From positions 64,001 to 128,000 of the forward strand of contig CAVQRZ010000009.1 in NCBI GenBank assembly GCA_963715335.1: a stretch of 64,000 bases of DNA, read 5' to 3'. The notes beneath the pieces were generated by a model. It searched no databases. It saw nothing but the letters and a program-made list of their open reading frames with translations, and had not been told where the DNA came from. Origin of the DNA: an uncultured delta proteobacterium. GTDB taxonomy: Bacteria > Desulfobacterota > Desulfuromonadia > Desulfuromonadales > BM103. Made by a program: the position numbers and the translations under genes. Below, piece after piece: positions 11,231-21,041 of this stretch (the stretch's first letter is position 1; each line of letters begins with the position of its first letter).

Positions 11231-11266
11231 GGCTCGAATTGCACAGGTCAATCTTCAGAAGTGTTA

Positions 11267-13240
11267 TTACAAAACTGAGAAACCAATTCTGCGGAGGTAA
11301 TTAAATGTAGTGTCATAATAATCTGGATTCCGTGTCACATCTTCTGCATCTCCTGGCGGAATGACGATCACCATGCCTTGGCGGGCTCTTGTAAGCAAAA
11401 CTCGATAAGCATTTTTAAGGTAAGATTTACGCTCTTCCTTGTTGATGTTGCACCATTTACTGCCCCTGAAAGACTTGCAATCCCAACCTTCTCGTGAAAA
11501 ACGAAAATCAGCATCCCACGTCACACACACCCAGTCTAACTCAAGCCCTTGAACATGAAATTCCGTTGCGACAGCTTCTAAGTAATATGAGGATCTGACA
11601 TCGCTTTTACCATCAAGAAACCAGTTAACAGGATTCATTGGCGAGCGAACATCTATAGCATGCGGCTTGAGTCGTTCGGCTTGCGAAGAAACTACAATTC
11701 CATAACGTTCCGTACCGCGGGCTTTCAATTTTAACCATTTTTTGGCTTTATCAATATCGCGGGTAATAACAATAGGATATTTTTCCGTCACACAGTTCAA
11801 TGTCTCGCGAGCGCCTTCAATATCTATATCTAAGATCTGCTTTACCAACAGAGATACATGCTCGGCGCGAAAGGACCTCATTGATACCGAAAGATGCAGG
11901 TCATCATTGAAAAATACATTTTGTCTTGATGACAAATTCATCAAGTTAGCTTCAGCAGAGTATTCACTGTCTGATAGTTTCGGTGAAATATGTACATGCC
12001 ATTCAGGAAATTGATCATTCAGGGCCTTAATCCATTCCGTAATACCAGCTTCACCAGTATTAATTTCTTGTCCTCCACCAACTAGGCAGATGATCACAGC
12101 CCAATCATTGTGTCGATCTAGACAGGAGATTAGAAACTCCGGTTCAGATCGATTAAAGTCAGGCATATTTTTTTTGCGGCGCATGAAAAAAGATGTCTGC
12201 TCAACGTCCCAAGCACGTTGAGCCTCATCAAAAAGGACCACATGTTCGATAGGCGGAGAAGAGTCCTTAAGACACTCGTCTCTGAAATGATGGACATTTT
12301 GGATGAACGCTTTGACTTCACTCAATGCGGTAGACTTTTTTAGTTTCACTCCTTTCTCTTTGGCACGAGTAACCTTGTCTCTGGCTAAAGCTTCGCAAAG
12401 AATTGACACAAGGGGGCCATTACCAGAGAGAAAAACGCTATAAAGATCATCTTTTTTCTCAATATGTTTGGTCGCTACATTTAAGCCGACCAAGGTTTTC
12501 CCTGCACCAGGTACACCAGTTACAAAGCATAGGGCCTTATTTCTGTGTGCCCTTGAAACTTTAATCACTTCATCAATAGCATCTGATGTTTTCGTCAAGT
12601 TTATAGCTGTTGCATCACTACGTGAAATATCAGCTACAGAATGCTCGTTGTATAAAGCAGTAGCAGCCTCAATAATTGTAGGTGTAGGTTTATATTTCCC
12701 CCCTTCCCAGTCATCCCTATCAATGGGCACCCCATCAACAAATGACAGCACATTCTCTATCACAGAGTTTAGTAATGACGTGTTAGTCACAATAGGAGAA
12801 AGCAACCTGTCGTCTTGATGTGTGAAGGAAACTAATGGACTGCAAGAAGAGGCTTCTGTGGCAACAAGTATTGGGACTACATATTTTTCATGACTAGTTT
12901 CGTGGAAATTTTTTAAATCGAGGGCATAATCCCAGACTTGATCAATTGCATGCGCCTTAAATTCTGTTTCACCGACTTTAAATTCAAGCACAAAAATTGC
13001 TGGCCCAATCAATAAAACAGTATCTATTCGACGCCCCATTCGAGGGATAGCATATTCGAAATAAATACTCCCTTCGTATGCTTTAGTCAGTTGTTTCAAG
13101 ATTTTAATTTGTTCTTCCCATGCATACCTTTGGGTTTGTTCAATAGCGAACTCACTATTCGATGCAAGAGCACCAAGGACCTCATGAATTGGTGAGGTTT
13201 GAAAGGAATTGATATTGTCTGAGTAATAGGCGCGTTTCAT
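11267..13240 (-). CDS. DUF2075 (Schlafen group 3-like) helicase with N-terminal nuclease-like domain
   Basis: [48 protein letters not shown]; visibly AT-rich. Confidence 0.85.
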   Translation of the reverse strand: MKRAYYSDNINSFQTSPIHEVLGALASNSEFAIEQTQRYAWEEQIKILKQLTKAYEGSIYFEYAIPRMGRRIDTVLLIGPAIFVLEFKVGETEFKAHAIDQVWDYALDLKNFHETSHEKYVVPILVATEASSCSPLVSFTHQDDRLLSPIVTNTSLLNSVIENVLSFVDGVPIDRDDWEGGKYKPTPTIIEAATALYNEHSVADISRSDATAINLTKTSDAIDEVIKVSRAHRNKALCFVTGVPGAGKTLVGLNVATKHIEKKDDLYSVFLSGNGPLVSILCEALARDKVTRAKEKGVKLKKSTALSEVKAFIQNVHHFRDECLKDSSPPIEHVVLFDEAQRAWDVEQTSFFMRRKKNMPDFNRSEPEFLISCLDRHNDWAVIICLVGGGQEINTGEAGITEWIKALNDQFPEWHVHISPKLSDSEYSAEANLMNLSSRQNVFFNDDLHLSVSMRSFRAEHVSLLVKQILDIDIEGARETLNCVTEKYPIVITRDIDKAKKWLKLKARGTERYGIVVSSQAERLKPHAIDVRSPMNPVNWFLDGKSDVRSSYYLEAVATEFHVQGLELDWVCVTWDADFRFSREGWDCKSFRGSKWCNINKEERKSYLKNAYRVLLTRARQGMVIVIPPGDAEDVTRNPDYYDTTFNYLRRIGFSVL

Positions 13241-13264
13241 ATGATGTGATTACCTAAGAAGAAT

Positions 13265-13672
13265 CTAAACAAGACGACCAATGACAGTCAAATATGTCGA
13301 CAAAACCGGCAGGTCTGCTTCTGCCCAATCAAGCTCGTGAAGTTTCTCTGGGGGCTTCCAATTTACAGCAGCATGCTCATGCAAAACGATCTCACCGCTT
13401 TCAATGAAACAGATGAATGGGTACAGAGTTATCGTAAAATCCGGGTAGTTATGCGTGTGTCTCGGAAGAGCCTTTTGGATGTCCACTGCAATACTCATCT
13501 CTTCAAACATCTCTCGCTTCAAACACTCCTCAGGGGATTCACCCTCATCGATTTTCCCTCCAGGGAATTCCCATTTAAAAGGAAGCTTCATATTTGCCCC
13601 TCTTTGAGCAGCAAGCACAAAACCACCATTTTCGACAATTGCACAAGTTACATGAAGATGTTTATGTTCCAG
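13265..13672 (-). CDS. NUDIX hydrolase, MutT/NudG-like; start uncertain
   Basis: WEFPGGKIDEGESPEECLKREMFEE Nudix box; frame open upstream of the GTG (KHLHVTCAIVENGGF) to a CTG right after the HIT stop. Confidence 0.85.
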   Translation of the reverse strand: MEHKHLHVTCAIVENGGFVLAAQRGANMKLPFKWEFPGGKIDEGESPEECLKREMFEEMSIAVDIQKALPRHTHNYPDFTITLYPFICFIESGEIVLHEHAAVNWKPPEKLHELDWAEADLPVLSTYLTVIGRLV

Positions 13673-14062
13673 TTAATAACCCATCTTCCCAGGCACACAT
13701 CCTCGTACCCCACCACGCGGATCAGCAACATCCCCTGCTCGTCTCGGAATCAAATGAATATGCGCATGCATCACTGTCTGCCCGGCAACTTCGCCGCAAT
13801 TCATCCCTATATTGAACCCTTCGACACAGGGATCGTCCTCCAGAATCTTGCTCTTAAGTATGAACAACAAGGATTCCGCATCACGACGCTCACGCGACAT
13901 AGCGAAGAAGTCATGCACGTGTCGTTTGGTGATGACAAGATGATGCCCTTCAGTGACCGGAAACTTATCGCGTACCGCGCAGACCGTGCCATGCTCGACG
14001 ACCACGCGGGGGCCATTAATCAAGTCACAGAAAACACAACCGGATTCAGTGACAGCACTCAT
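13673..14062 (-). CDS. HIT family nucleotide hydrolase
   Basis: CVFC, FPVTEGH, AGQTVMHAHIHLIPRR histidine triad. Confidence 0.92.
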   Translation of the reverse strand: MSAVTESGCVFCDLINGPRVVVEHGTVCAVRDKFPVTEGHHLVITKRHVHDFFAMSRERRDAESLLFILKSKILEDDPCVEGFNIGMNCGEVAGQTVMHAHIHLIPRRAGDVADPRGGVRGCVPGKMGY

Positions 14063-15042
14063 GCGCTCAACCTGAACTCTTTACGATGCCAGCCAAGAAA
14101 CTCCTGTGCCGGCCATAATTCACGATCAGCAGGCGGTAAAACACCTCGCCCTGCCATGGTCTGCAAAACTCCAGGCACATTCGGATCGGCACCGATCTGT
14201 CGTGAGGCAATCACATTGTAATCGCACGACACACCGACCACGCCGCGATCAAATGCCCAGTGACAGAGTTTGCAGAGCGCCATACCGTTGCGCACATCAT
14301 CGTTCCGGCTCTTGCTCCAGGGGACAATATGCGCGGCATCGACAGCCGTATGCCCTTCAGGCGTGATAATGCGGAGTCCGCACAAGGCACAGCGATGATC
14401 GTAGGCCGCAACCACCACACGGCGGAAACCCTGGTCACGCACAGCCGGCTTGTAACTGTCTGTGTCAACGATGTCCTTGACGAGTGGTTGGTGGGCCTTT
14501 TCGTACAACACCTGGCTGTAAACGTACGCTTCGTCGTTGATGGCGATCTGTTCGGAAAGGGAAGCCTGGGCCTCAGTCGAAAAGCAAGACATCAACAAGG
14601 TGTTCCTTAACGCCTCACGACTTTCAGCAATCTGCATGAAGCGAAAAAGCTCTTCATCAACCTGGGCAGCCACAGCATACTTGCGCAACTGCGTTACATT
14701 GTTGATGCTATTCAGAACAGCGGGTTCGAAGGGCTCGCCACTTATAGATACCAACGTCCAAAAAGGTTCATTGTGCAACCGTGAAAAGGGAAAGGCGATA
14801 CTGCTGGTATGTCCAAGTGGAGCAACACGACGCCAGTAACCATTAAACAACTCGTTGGCTTCAACCAGGTCATCAGTGACACCCAGCACCGGCGAATCAA
14901 ACACCCCACGACTGACCAGATCGATAATCGACAAGAGCAGGATTGGCTTGTGCGGTGCACGCTTCAACGTCGCCTCGTTCCAAATTGGACCGGGCGCACG
15001 GTTGAGTTGTGCAAACATTTGCAGATATGTGTCTAAACTCAA
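14059..15042 (-). CDS. HNH endonuclease with SBD-like N-terminus (putative modification-dependent restriction nuclease)
   Basis: RAPHKPILLL and FPFSRL N-terminal motifs; C-terminal RDQGFRR..CALC..AAHIVPW..NGMALCKLCHWAFD. Confidence 0.8.
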   Translation of the reverse strand: MSLDTYLQMFAQLNRAPGPIWNEATLKRAPHKPILLLSIIDLVSRGVFDSPVLGVTDDLVEANELFNGYWRRVAPLGHTSSIAFPFSRLHNEPFWTLVSISGEPFEPAVLNSINNVTQLRKYAVAAQVDEELFRFMQIAESREALRNTLLMSCFSTEAQASLSEQIAINDEAYVYSQVLYEKAHQPLVKDIVDTDSYKPAVRDQGFRRVVVAAYDHRCALCGLRIITPEGHTAVDAAHIVPWSKSRNDDVRNGMALCKLCHWAFDRGVVGVSCDYNVIASRQIGADPNVPGVLQTMAGRGVLPPADRELWPAQEFLGWHRKEFRLSA

Positions 15043-15591
15043 AATCCCAACCTTAGCTATTCACAGACATTCCAACAAAAAACCGTCTCTCCAGATACAC
15101 TGGCTCAGACGGTCGACAAAGTTTTAGCTCTCTCCCCCTGCTATTACCATAAATCCCTCAAAAAACAAAAAGAGCACCGGCAATAATGCGCAGCACCCCC
15201 CTTTTTTTGAATCAAAAAAAGCAACAAAAACGTATCTTCCAAAGTGAAGACAACTCGTTGAAAATACTCTTTTGGTTTCGATACGTCAAGTTGAACAAGG
15301 CCGCGTAACGCGGGACGAGAAACACGACAACCTATAATTCTAGGGGCACCCCACTTAATACCTAATGCCAGCTTCTTTATAAAAAACCTGAGCATAGAAA
15401 AATCCCAGCCTCCTTGAGAAAACCGGGATTCCTTGCCAACTAATGGTCAATAATTGTTCGAGTCCGGCACGGCTCCCCGAGCTGGACGATAATGGGCACT
15501 GGGATGAAGGATTTGAAATCTGAGCCTTAGGACCTAATTAGCCGGCAAGAGAGAGAGTGCCATTCGGCTGAACAAAGTATCCAGGAACCGA

Positions 15592-16857
15592 CTAATTTTC
15601 TACAAGAGAGAAGGAGTTTAAGAATTGTCGGCGCCACATCAGTCCTCTGTCGATTTCGCTCAATTGAGCTTCGTCGCAGACATCTGCCCAATTATTCTCT
15701 ATGACCTCTTTTTGCCTATCAAAAATCGTTCGGGCATCGTCCTCTGAAATCAGGAAATTATGTGCTGTTGCCAGGCAATTTTTCAATTGGCTTAGGTTGT
15801 TGTTACCACAGATCAACATGGCCTGTGATGCTTCATTACCAGAGCGCCCTTGTGGGCAGATATCGTAGGCAGGTGTAAGGCTAAGACTTTTGCCGTCCCA
15901 AAAAGCGGCATGGTTGCGAGCGTGGTCATCCGTATTGCCACACAGGACATTAAAAACAAGCCTTGAATACAACTCTTTTAACGTCTTCTTTGGTTCAGCG
16001 AATCGATATCGGACAATTTCTGCAAAGGTTTCATAGCTGGCATAGCGCGCCATCATATCATCCAGGCCAAACAAGGTTAATGCTGAAACCATAGCTTTCC
16101 GTGTCCATTCATTATTTATTTTTTCCCGATCGAACCTTTCTATGAGCAACACGTCTTTGTGTGCGGCCCTCACCAACCTAACAGGCGCAACATCTAAATC
16201 TATAAGTGCAGCGAGTTTCATAGCAATAAATTCCGCCTTAACAACGCTGTACAAATCAGAGCGAGAGGAGAACTTGGCAACGTACTTCTTGCCTTGGTCC
16301 TCCACTAAAGCCTTGGGTCGCGCGCCGCCGATAGAGCTGCCGTGAAACAAAGCTTGATCAAGGTCTGGGGTTAACGGCACACCTTTTTCTACTCTTGCCG
16401 CAGACTCAAGGAGTTCTTCCAGCGTGGCATTTGTAGATAAGCGAGGCACATATTCTGTCGGTGAGACTTGAAAATCCAGCGCACCAATTCGATCAGAGCC
16501 CGACTCGAGAAGGTATGTCAATTCATCAAGCACTGCGGTATCTGTCTCGGCGCTCTTAAGTCCCAGTTTTTTATTGATGATGACACGTCGCCCCCACGCA
16601 TCCGGGGACGCGTCCCTGATGCATCCTGGCATTTTAAGACCGTCCAGCAAAGGGAGATCTCCGGCCTTCAGGGGAAGTTCAGGTTCATAAAGGGATATGG
16701 CAGGCGTGGTGCTGTTAACTCGGTCCAGATAACTTTTACCATAGTTAAACAGAAGAGTGTCTTTGTTCGCTTCCAGCCTGCCGGCAACAACAGGCCTGGT
16801 TGCTCCGGGCAACCAGACCCAGACATAGGCTTCATCATACTGACCATTAGAAGTCAT
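15592..16857 (-). CDS. hipA: HipA-family kinase toxin
   Basis: SSIGGARPKA P-loop, IERFDR, GNTDDHARNH, LTPAYDI. Confidence 0.9.
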   Translation of the reverse strand: MTSNGQYDEAYVWVWLPGATRPVVAGRLEANKDTLLFNYGKSYLDRVNSTTPAISLYEPELPLKAGDLPLLDGLKMPGCIRDASPDAWGRRVIINKKLGLKSAETDTAVLDELTYLLESGSDRIGALDFQVSPTEYVPRLSTNATLEELLESAARVEKGVPLTPDLDQALFHGSSIGGARPKALVEDQGKKYVAKFSSRSDLYSVVKAEFIAMKLAALIDLDVAPVRLVRAAHKDVLLIERFDREKINNEWTRKAMVSALTLFGLDDMMARYASYETFAEIVRYRFAEPKKTLKELYSRLVFNVLCGNTDDHARNHAAFWDGKSLSLTPAYDICPQGRSGNEASQAMLICGNNNLSQLKNCLATAHNFLISEDDARTIFDRQKEVIENNWADVCDEAQLSEIDRGLMWRRQFLNSFSLVEN

Positions 16858-17179
16858 CTCGGATTTCCCTCTTCTTTCCTTGGGTACGTTTAGGCAACAA
16901 CGCAATTTTGTCTCTTGTCTGATTGAGTTGCATTGACAAAGGCGATTCATCACTTTCAAACAGAGGGAACCCGACCAGGGCGGCAACTTCAAAATACGAA
17001 CCGATGGCGCAACTCACTTCGCCATTTTCAATTTTCTGCAATGTTGCTCTGGAGATACCGGCGCGTTCAGATAGATCGCGCTCCGACCAGTTCCGTTGTT
17101 TGCGTCCCAATTTAATTTGTTCCCCAAACAGAGAAGCTGCTTCTTGAGCGTATTTTGAATGGATTTTCTTCTTTCCCAT
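16847..17179 (-). CDS. XRE-family HTH antitoxin (HipB-like)
   Basis: LSERAGISRATLQKIENG HTH; overlaps hipA start. Confidence 0.85.
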   Translation of the reverse strand: MGKKKIHSKYAQEAASLFGEQIKLGRKQRNWSERDLSERAGISRATLQKIENGEVSCAIGSYFEVAALVGFPLFESDESPLSMQLNQTRDKIALLPKRTQGKKREIRDDF

Positions 17180-17197
17180 TTCAGCACCTTTCAGGAT

Positions 17198-17329
17198 TGC
17201 CTATTTTATTAGTCATAGGATGCGCCTGTGACCATTATGTTGGTCAATATTGCATTAGCAGTAACCATTGTCAACACAATTGACCATTATAATAGCCTTT
17301 ATGCGGCCATATGGACAATATAATGGTCA
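17198..17329. promoter_or_regulatory. four 18-bp imperfect palindromes, putative HipB operators
   Basis: TGACCA-N6-TGGTCA variants at 17198, 17229, 17281, 17312, upstream of the HTH gene. Confidence 0.7.
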
Positions 17330-17653
17330 ATTGTGCGTTTGGCGCTGCGCCCCCTGAACGCCTCAGCGGAAACTCAGGCCCTGAGGCTTGTCACCGTTTA
17401 GCCCCCACTCGCACAGGGTTTTACAATTACAAACGTCCATTTTAACAAGCATTTGTCTGCGTTTAATCCAAAAGGGTGTTTGCTTTGCAACGGCTATATC
17501 CCACCAGCTAAGCTTCGTTGACTGGCTATACACAAAGGGCCCAAGCTTTTTCACTTGGGCCCTTGCCAAATTTCCTGCGAAAATTGGCGATTCATATAAT
17601 TAAGACTGGAATCCCACCCTCTGCAAAGTCCCGCTTTGCGTAGAAACAGACAG

Positions 17654-18600
17654 CTATTCCCTTAATTTTGGCAGCATGCCGCTAAATCCTTGACCAATCA
17701 CCAGTCTTCCCAGCTTGAGAATCCCCCAGAGAAACAGCAACGGCAACGCAATCGTGCTCAAGACAAACACAACGATGAGATCAACCAGCCGGTCAACCAG
17801 TTCCAGGGCCGCTTTTTTGATCGCTTCAATCTTCACCTTGACGTCCAAGATTTTTTTACCTTGATCGAATAAATCGCCGATCACGGTTTTTTGGCGATCA
17901 AGCCAACCATTCTCTTTGGTCGGTTGATTGCCGCCCTGATTTTCCAAAGGTGTTGCCACCGATTCGTTGAATTCCTGGGCCTCCAGCTTTTTGACCGTTT
18001 CGCCCAAGACCTCCACCGACTGATCATGTCTATTTTCAAGAAACGCCACATAAACTTGTTGATTCAGATAAGACATGGCCGGAACGGCAAATCTCAACAA
18101 GATTGCCGAAAGCAAGTAGAACTCTGCCGAGTTGCGAGAAATCGTAGCGGATTTTCGCAGGAACCCATAAGCCAACCAGCAGAGACAACAGCGCCAGCAC
18201 CAAAACGATTTGCACACTCACAAAAGGTGTGATCTCAATCAGGACTTTCTGGATGCCAAGCGAGGTCAAGCTGGCCAGCATCACCCAGGAAAAGCGCTCA
18301 ACCAGATCATTTACCGGATCCAGGGCCTGGCCAAGCGCCAAAGAGACCCCGACACCGCCGGGCTCAAGCTGCAACTCGCTCTCCTGGAAGACCGAGACGA
18401 TGGCGTTGAAACTACGCGCCATGACAAAAGCGGCGGTCGCGCGCACCAAACCATCATCAACGTACTCTGTGGCTTTTTTATCAACCAGGCTGAAAACGGA
18501 TTTTTCGAAAAGCAGGTTTCTGGAGGTGGGAATAAAAATCAGCGTTAAAACGACCAGGATAATAATGGTCCAAACCGCTCTTTTTGTGATGAGATATCAC
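17654..18600 (-). pseudogene. hypothetical membrane protein with two +1 frameshifts
   Basis: GGAGG RBS + GTG at 18600; hydrophobic frame YLITKRAVWTIIILVV..ATAAFVMARSFNA..GRVL| continues as LLSAILLRFAVP.. Confidence 0.6.
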
Positions 18601-18790
18601 TTTCGACCTCCCACTCAACCATGGGGCCTGAAATTCAGGGTGCCGTTTTCAATAACTCAGATATTCGACAAACAAAAACCGCTGCAAGCAGAGAGTCGAA
18701 CAGCGGTGCATAATCCGCAGAAAATGATTGCCTGGCAGAGGCTCGCCTGCGGCAACGACATTAACCGGTCTTCTGTGCCCCGCTTCGAAA

Positions 18791-19954
18791 TCAATCCTGA
18801 ATATAATCGAGCGTCGTCGTCCAGAAGGACAGCGCGTTGCGGGTCTTTTCGTAGATCCGGACGTTCATGATGGCGACGCCGGCAATTTCAGCGAGGGCCG
18901 AGAGGAAGGTGATCTCCTCCTGGCTGTACTGACGCACATCGGCGCTGTAGAGCCGCAGCACCCCCACCACCCTTTTTCGCGCGATGATCGGCATGGAGAG
19001 GATCGAAGCGATCCCTTCGGCAACCGTCTCTTTCGGGAACTCGAGTCGCGGATCGTTGGCGGTGTCGGTGATCAGCACCGGTCGTCCGGTCAGGGTCTCG
19101 CTGATGCTCTGATCGGTGTGCGGCTGCCCCTTGGCCAGGAACGTTTCGCTCAAGCCGGTAGTGGCGATCAGTTCCAGCTCGTGGGTGGTCTCGTTGCGCA
19201 GGCGCAAGGCCCCCGCCTTGACCTTCATGATGGCAACCGACTTGTCGACAATCAACTGGATGACTTCGTTCGAATCGAGCGTCGACAGAACCGCCCTGGT
19301 CACCTCGTGCAGGGTGCGGAAATACGCCAGGCTCCTGGCCGGGTCGATGGTCTTGACGACGGGGGTTACAAATTCCGAGACGAGCACCTCTTCGGCCAGG
19401 TGCATGTCGACACCGATCTCGTCGAAGAGCGCCGCGAGCTTATCGTCCTTGTCCTGATACTGACGGGCGTTGGCAATCGCCATGCCGCCCATCTCCGCCA
19501 GGGCCGAGACGAACTCGATGTCCTCTTCGTTGTAGTCGCGCTGCTCCGTACTGTAGAGTCGCAACACCCCGACCACCTTGTCGCCGACGATCACCGGCAC
19601 CGAGAGCACCGCAGCGATCCCCTCGGCGACCATCGCCTCGGGATACTCGATGCGCGGGTCACTGCCGGCGTCCCTGATGTAAACCGGTTTGCCGTCGAGC
19701 ACCTCGGGGATGCTCTGGTCGGCGTGCAGCGCGCCCTTGTTGAGGTAGCTGTCACTCAGTCCGTAAGCGGCGGCCTGCTTGAGGAGATTGCTCTGCTCGT
19801 CGATCAGGCGCAGCACGCCGCCTTTGACCTCGAGTGCGGCGACCGTGCCCTGCACCAGGGAATCGAGGGTCTTCTGCAAGTCGCGGGCGGAAATGATCGC
19901 CTGGGCGGTTTCAAAGAACAGGCGGAAATATTCGTTGGCATTTGCCTGGAGCAT
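18791..19954 (-). CDS. tandem-GAF-domain protein with no output domain
   Basis: Two internally similar repeats (GLS..L.KG..H.DQSI.E.L.G.PV.I.D...DPR..P...AEGI..LS.P..VVGVLRLYS). Confidence 0.85.
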   Translation of the reverse strand: MLQANANEYFRLFFETAQAIISARDLQKTLDSLVQGTVAALEVKGGVLRLIDEQSNLLKQAAAYGLSDSYLNKGALHADQSIPEVLDGKPVYIRDAGSDPRIEYPEAMVAEGIAAVLSVPVIVGDKVVGVLRLYSTEQRDYNEEDIEFVSALAEMGGMAIANARQYQDKDDKLAALFDEIGVDMHLAEEVLVSEFVTPVVKTIDPARSLAYFRTLHEVTRAVLSTLDSNEVIQLIVDKSVAIMKVKAGALRLRNETTHELELIATTGLSETFLAKGQPHTDQSISETLTGRPVLITDTANDPRLEFPKETVAEGIASILSMPIIARKRVVGVLRLYSADVRQYSQEEITFLSALAEIAGVAIMNVRIYEKTRNALSFWTTTLDYIQD

Positions 19955-20061
19955 GTCTCGGGCCCTCCTAAAGGGATACAGCGCAAGAACAGAAGATTAA
20001 ACTATAGCCGATAACCGGGAAAAATCGAAATGATAACGTCTGTGTTCTCCCTCGCGCCAAT

Positions 20062-20116
20062 CTTTACATAAACTTTACCGTTCCATTAAACGGGCTTTAA
20101 ACAATTCCGCTATGCT
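20062..20116 (+). promoter_or_regulatory. four CTTTAC-like repeats at 11-bp period plus -10 (TATGCT)
   Basis: CTTTAC 20062, CTTTAC 20073, CATTAA 20084, CTTTAA 20095, TATGCT 20111. Confidence 0.7.
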
Positions 20117-20177
20117 CCTGGCCAGAGCAAGATCCAATCGGATCTGCAACGACTCAAACTAAAGAATGGAGGCCACA

Positions 20178-20930
20178 ATGAAAACCATGACGATCGCAAT
20201 CCTCAGTTTAACCCTGGTCATGCTCGGATTTCTGCAGGTGCAGAGTATGGCTATGGACGACACCATGACCAAGCCCGGCGACATGCAGATGAAGTCCGAC
20301 GGCAAGGAGATGAAGCCTGATGAGATGAAGGGCGACATGAAGATGGAAGCCGACGACATGAAGGGCGACATGGAGATGAAGCACGATGACATGAAAATGG
20401 AATCTGACGACATGAAGGACGACATGAAGATGAAGCACGACGATATGAAGAAAGACGAAAAGATCATGGAGGGAGACCCGATGAAAAAGAGCCAGGCCGT
20501 CATCCCGACCGATGCAGAGCTCCGCGATCGATTGACCCCGCTGCAGTACAAGGTCACCCGCAAGGACGGCACCGAGCCTCCGTTTAACAATACCTACTGG
20601 AACAACCACGAGGCGGGCATCTATGTCGACATCATCTCCGGAGCACCGCTGTTCAGCTCGACGGACAAGTATGAATCGGGGACGGGCTGGCCAAGTTTCA
20701 CCAGACCCTTGAATCCTGACGAAATCGTTGAGAGAGAGGATCGCAGCTTCTTTTCGGTGCGCACCGAAATCCGCAGCAAACAGGCCGATGCGCATCTTGG
20801 CCATCTGTTTACAGACGGCCCGGCCCCGACCGGCTTGCGCTACTGCATGAATTCGGCATCCTTGCGCTTCATTCCGAAGGACGCTCTGGAAAAAGCAGGC
20901 TACACAGAATACGTGGCGTTGTTTGAGTGA
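20178..20930 (+). CDS. msrB: secreted MsrB with Met-rich repeat N-terminal region
   Basis: Signal peptide, DDMK/MKM repeats, [30 protein letters not shown]. Confidence 0.92.
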   Translation: MKTMTIAILSLTLVMLGFLQVQSMAMDDTMTKPGDMQMKSDGKEMKPDEMKGDMKMEADDMKGDMEMKHDDMKMESDDMKDDMKMKHDDMKKDEKIMEGDPMKKSQAVIPTDAELRDRLTPLQYKVTRKDGTEPPFNNTYWNNHEAGIYVDIISGAPLFSSTDKYESGTGWPSFTRPLNPDEIVEREDRSFFSVRTEIRSKQADAHLGHLFTDGPAPTGLRYCMNSASLRFIPKDALEKAGYTEYVALFE

Positions 20931-21041
20931 TAGACAAACATCGCCACCCGGCTAGATCGCCAGGAGCTTAAAGCTTACCGGGAATCGTCGACGCTGGGGC
21001 CGTCATATGCACCATGACAACGCCGAAAGACGATGGCGTGG

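Noticed and set aside
15144..15395. 83-aa ORF upstream of the HNH gene
   Set aside because: Low-complexity AT-rich sequence, no RBS or motif
17363..17603. Short ORFs between hipB and the membrane protein
   Set aside because: Possibly a gene remnant, but no identifiable family
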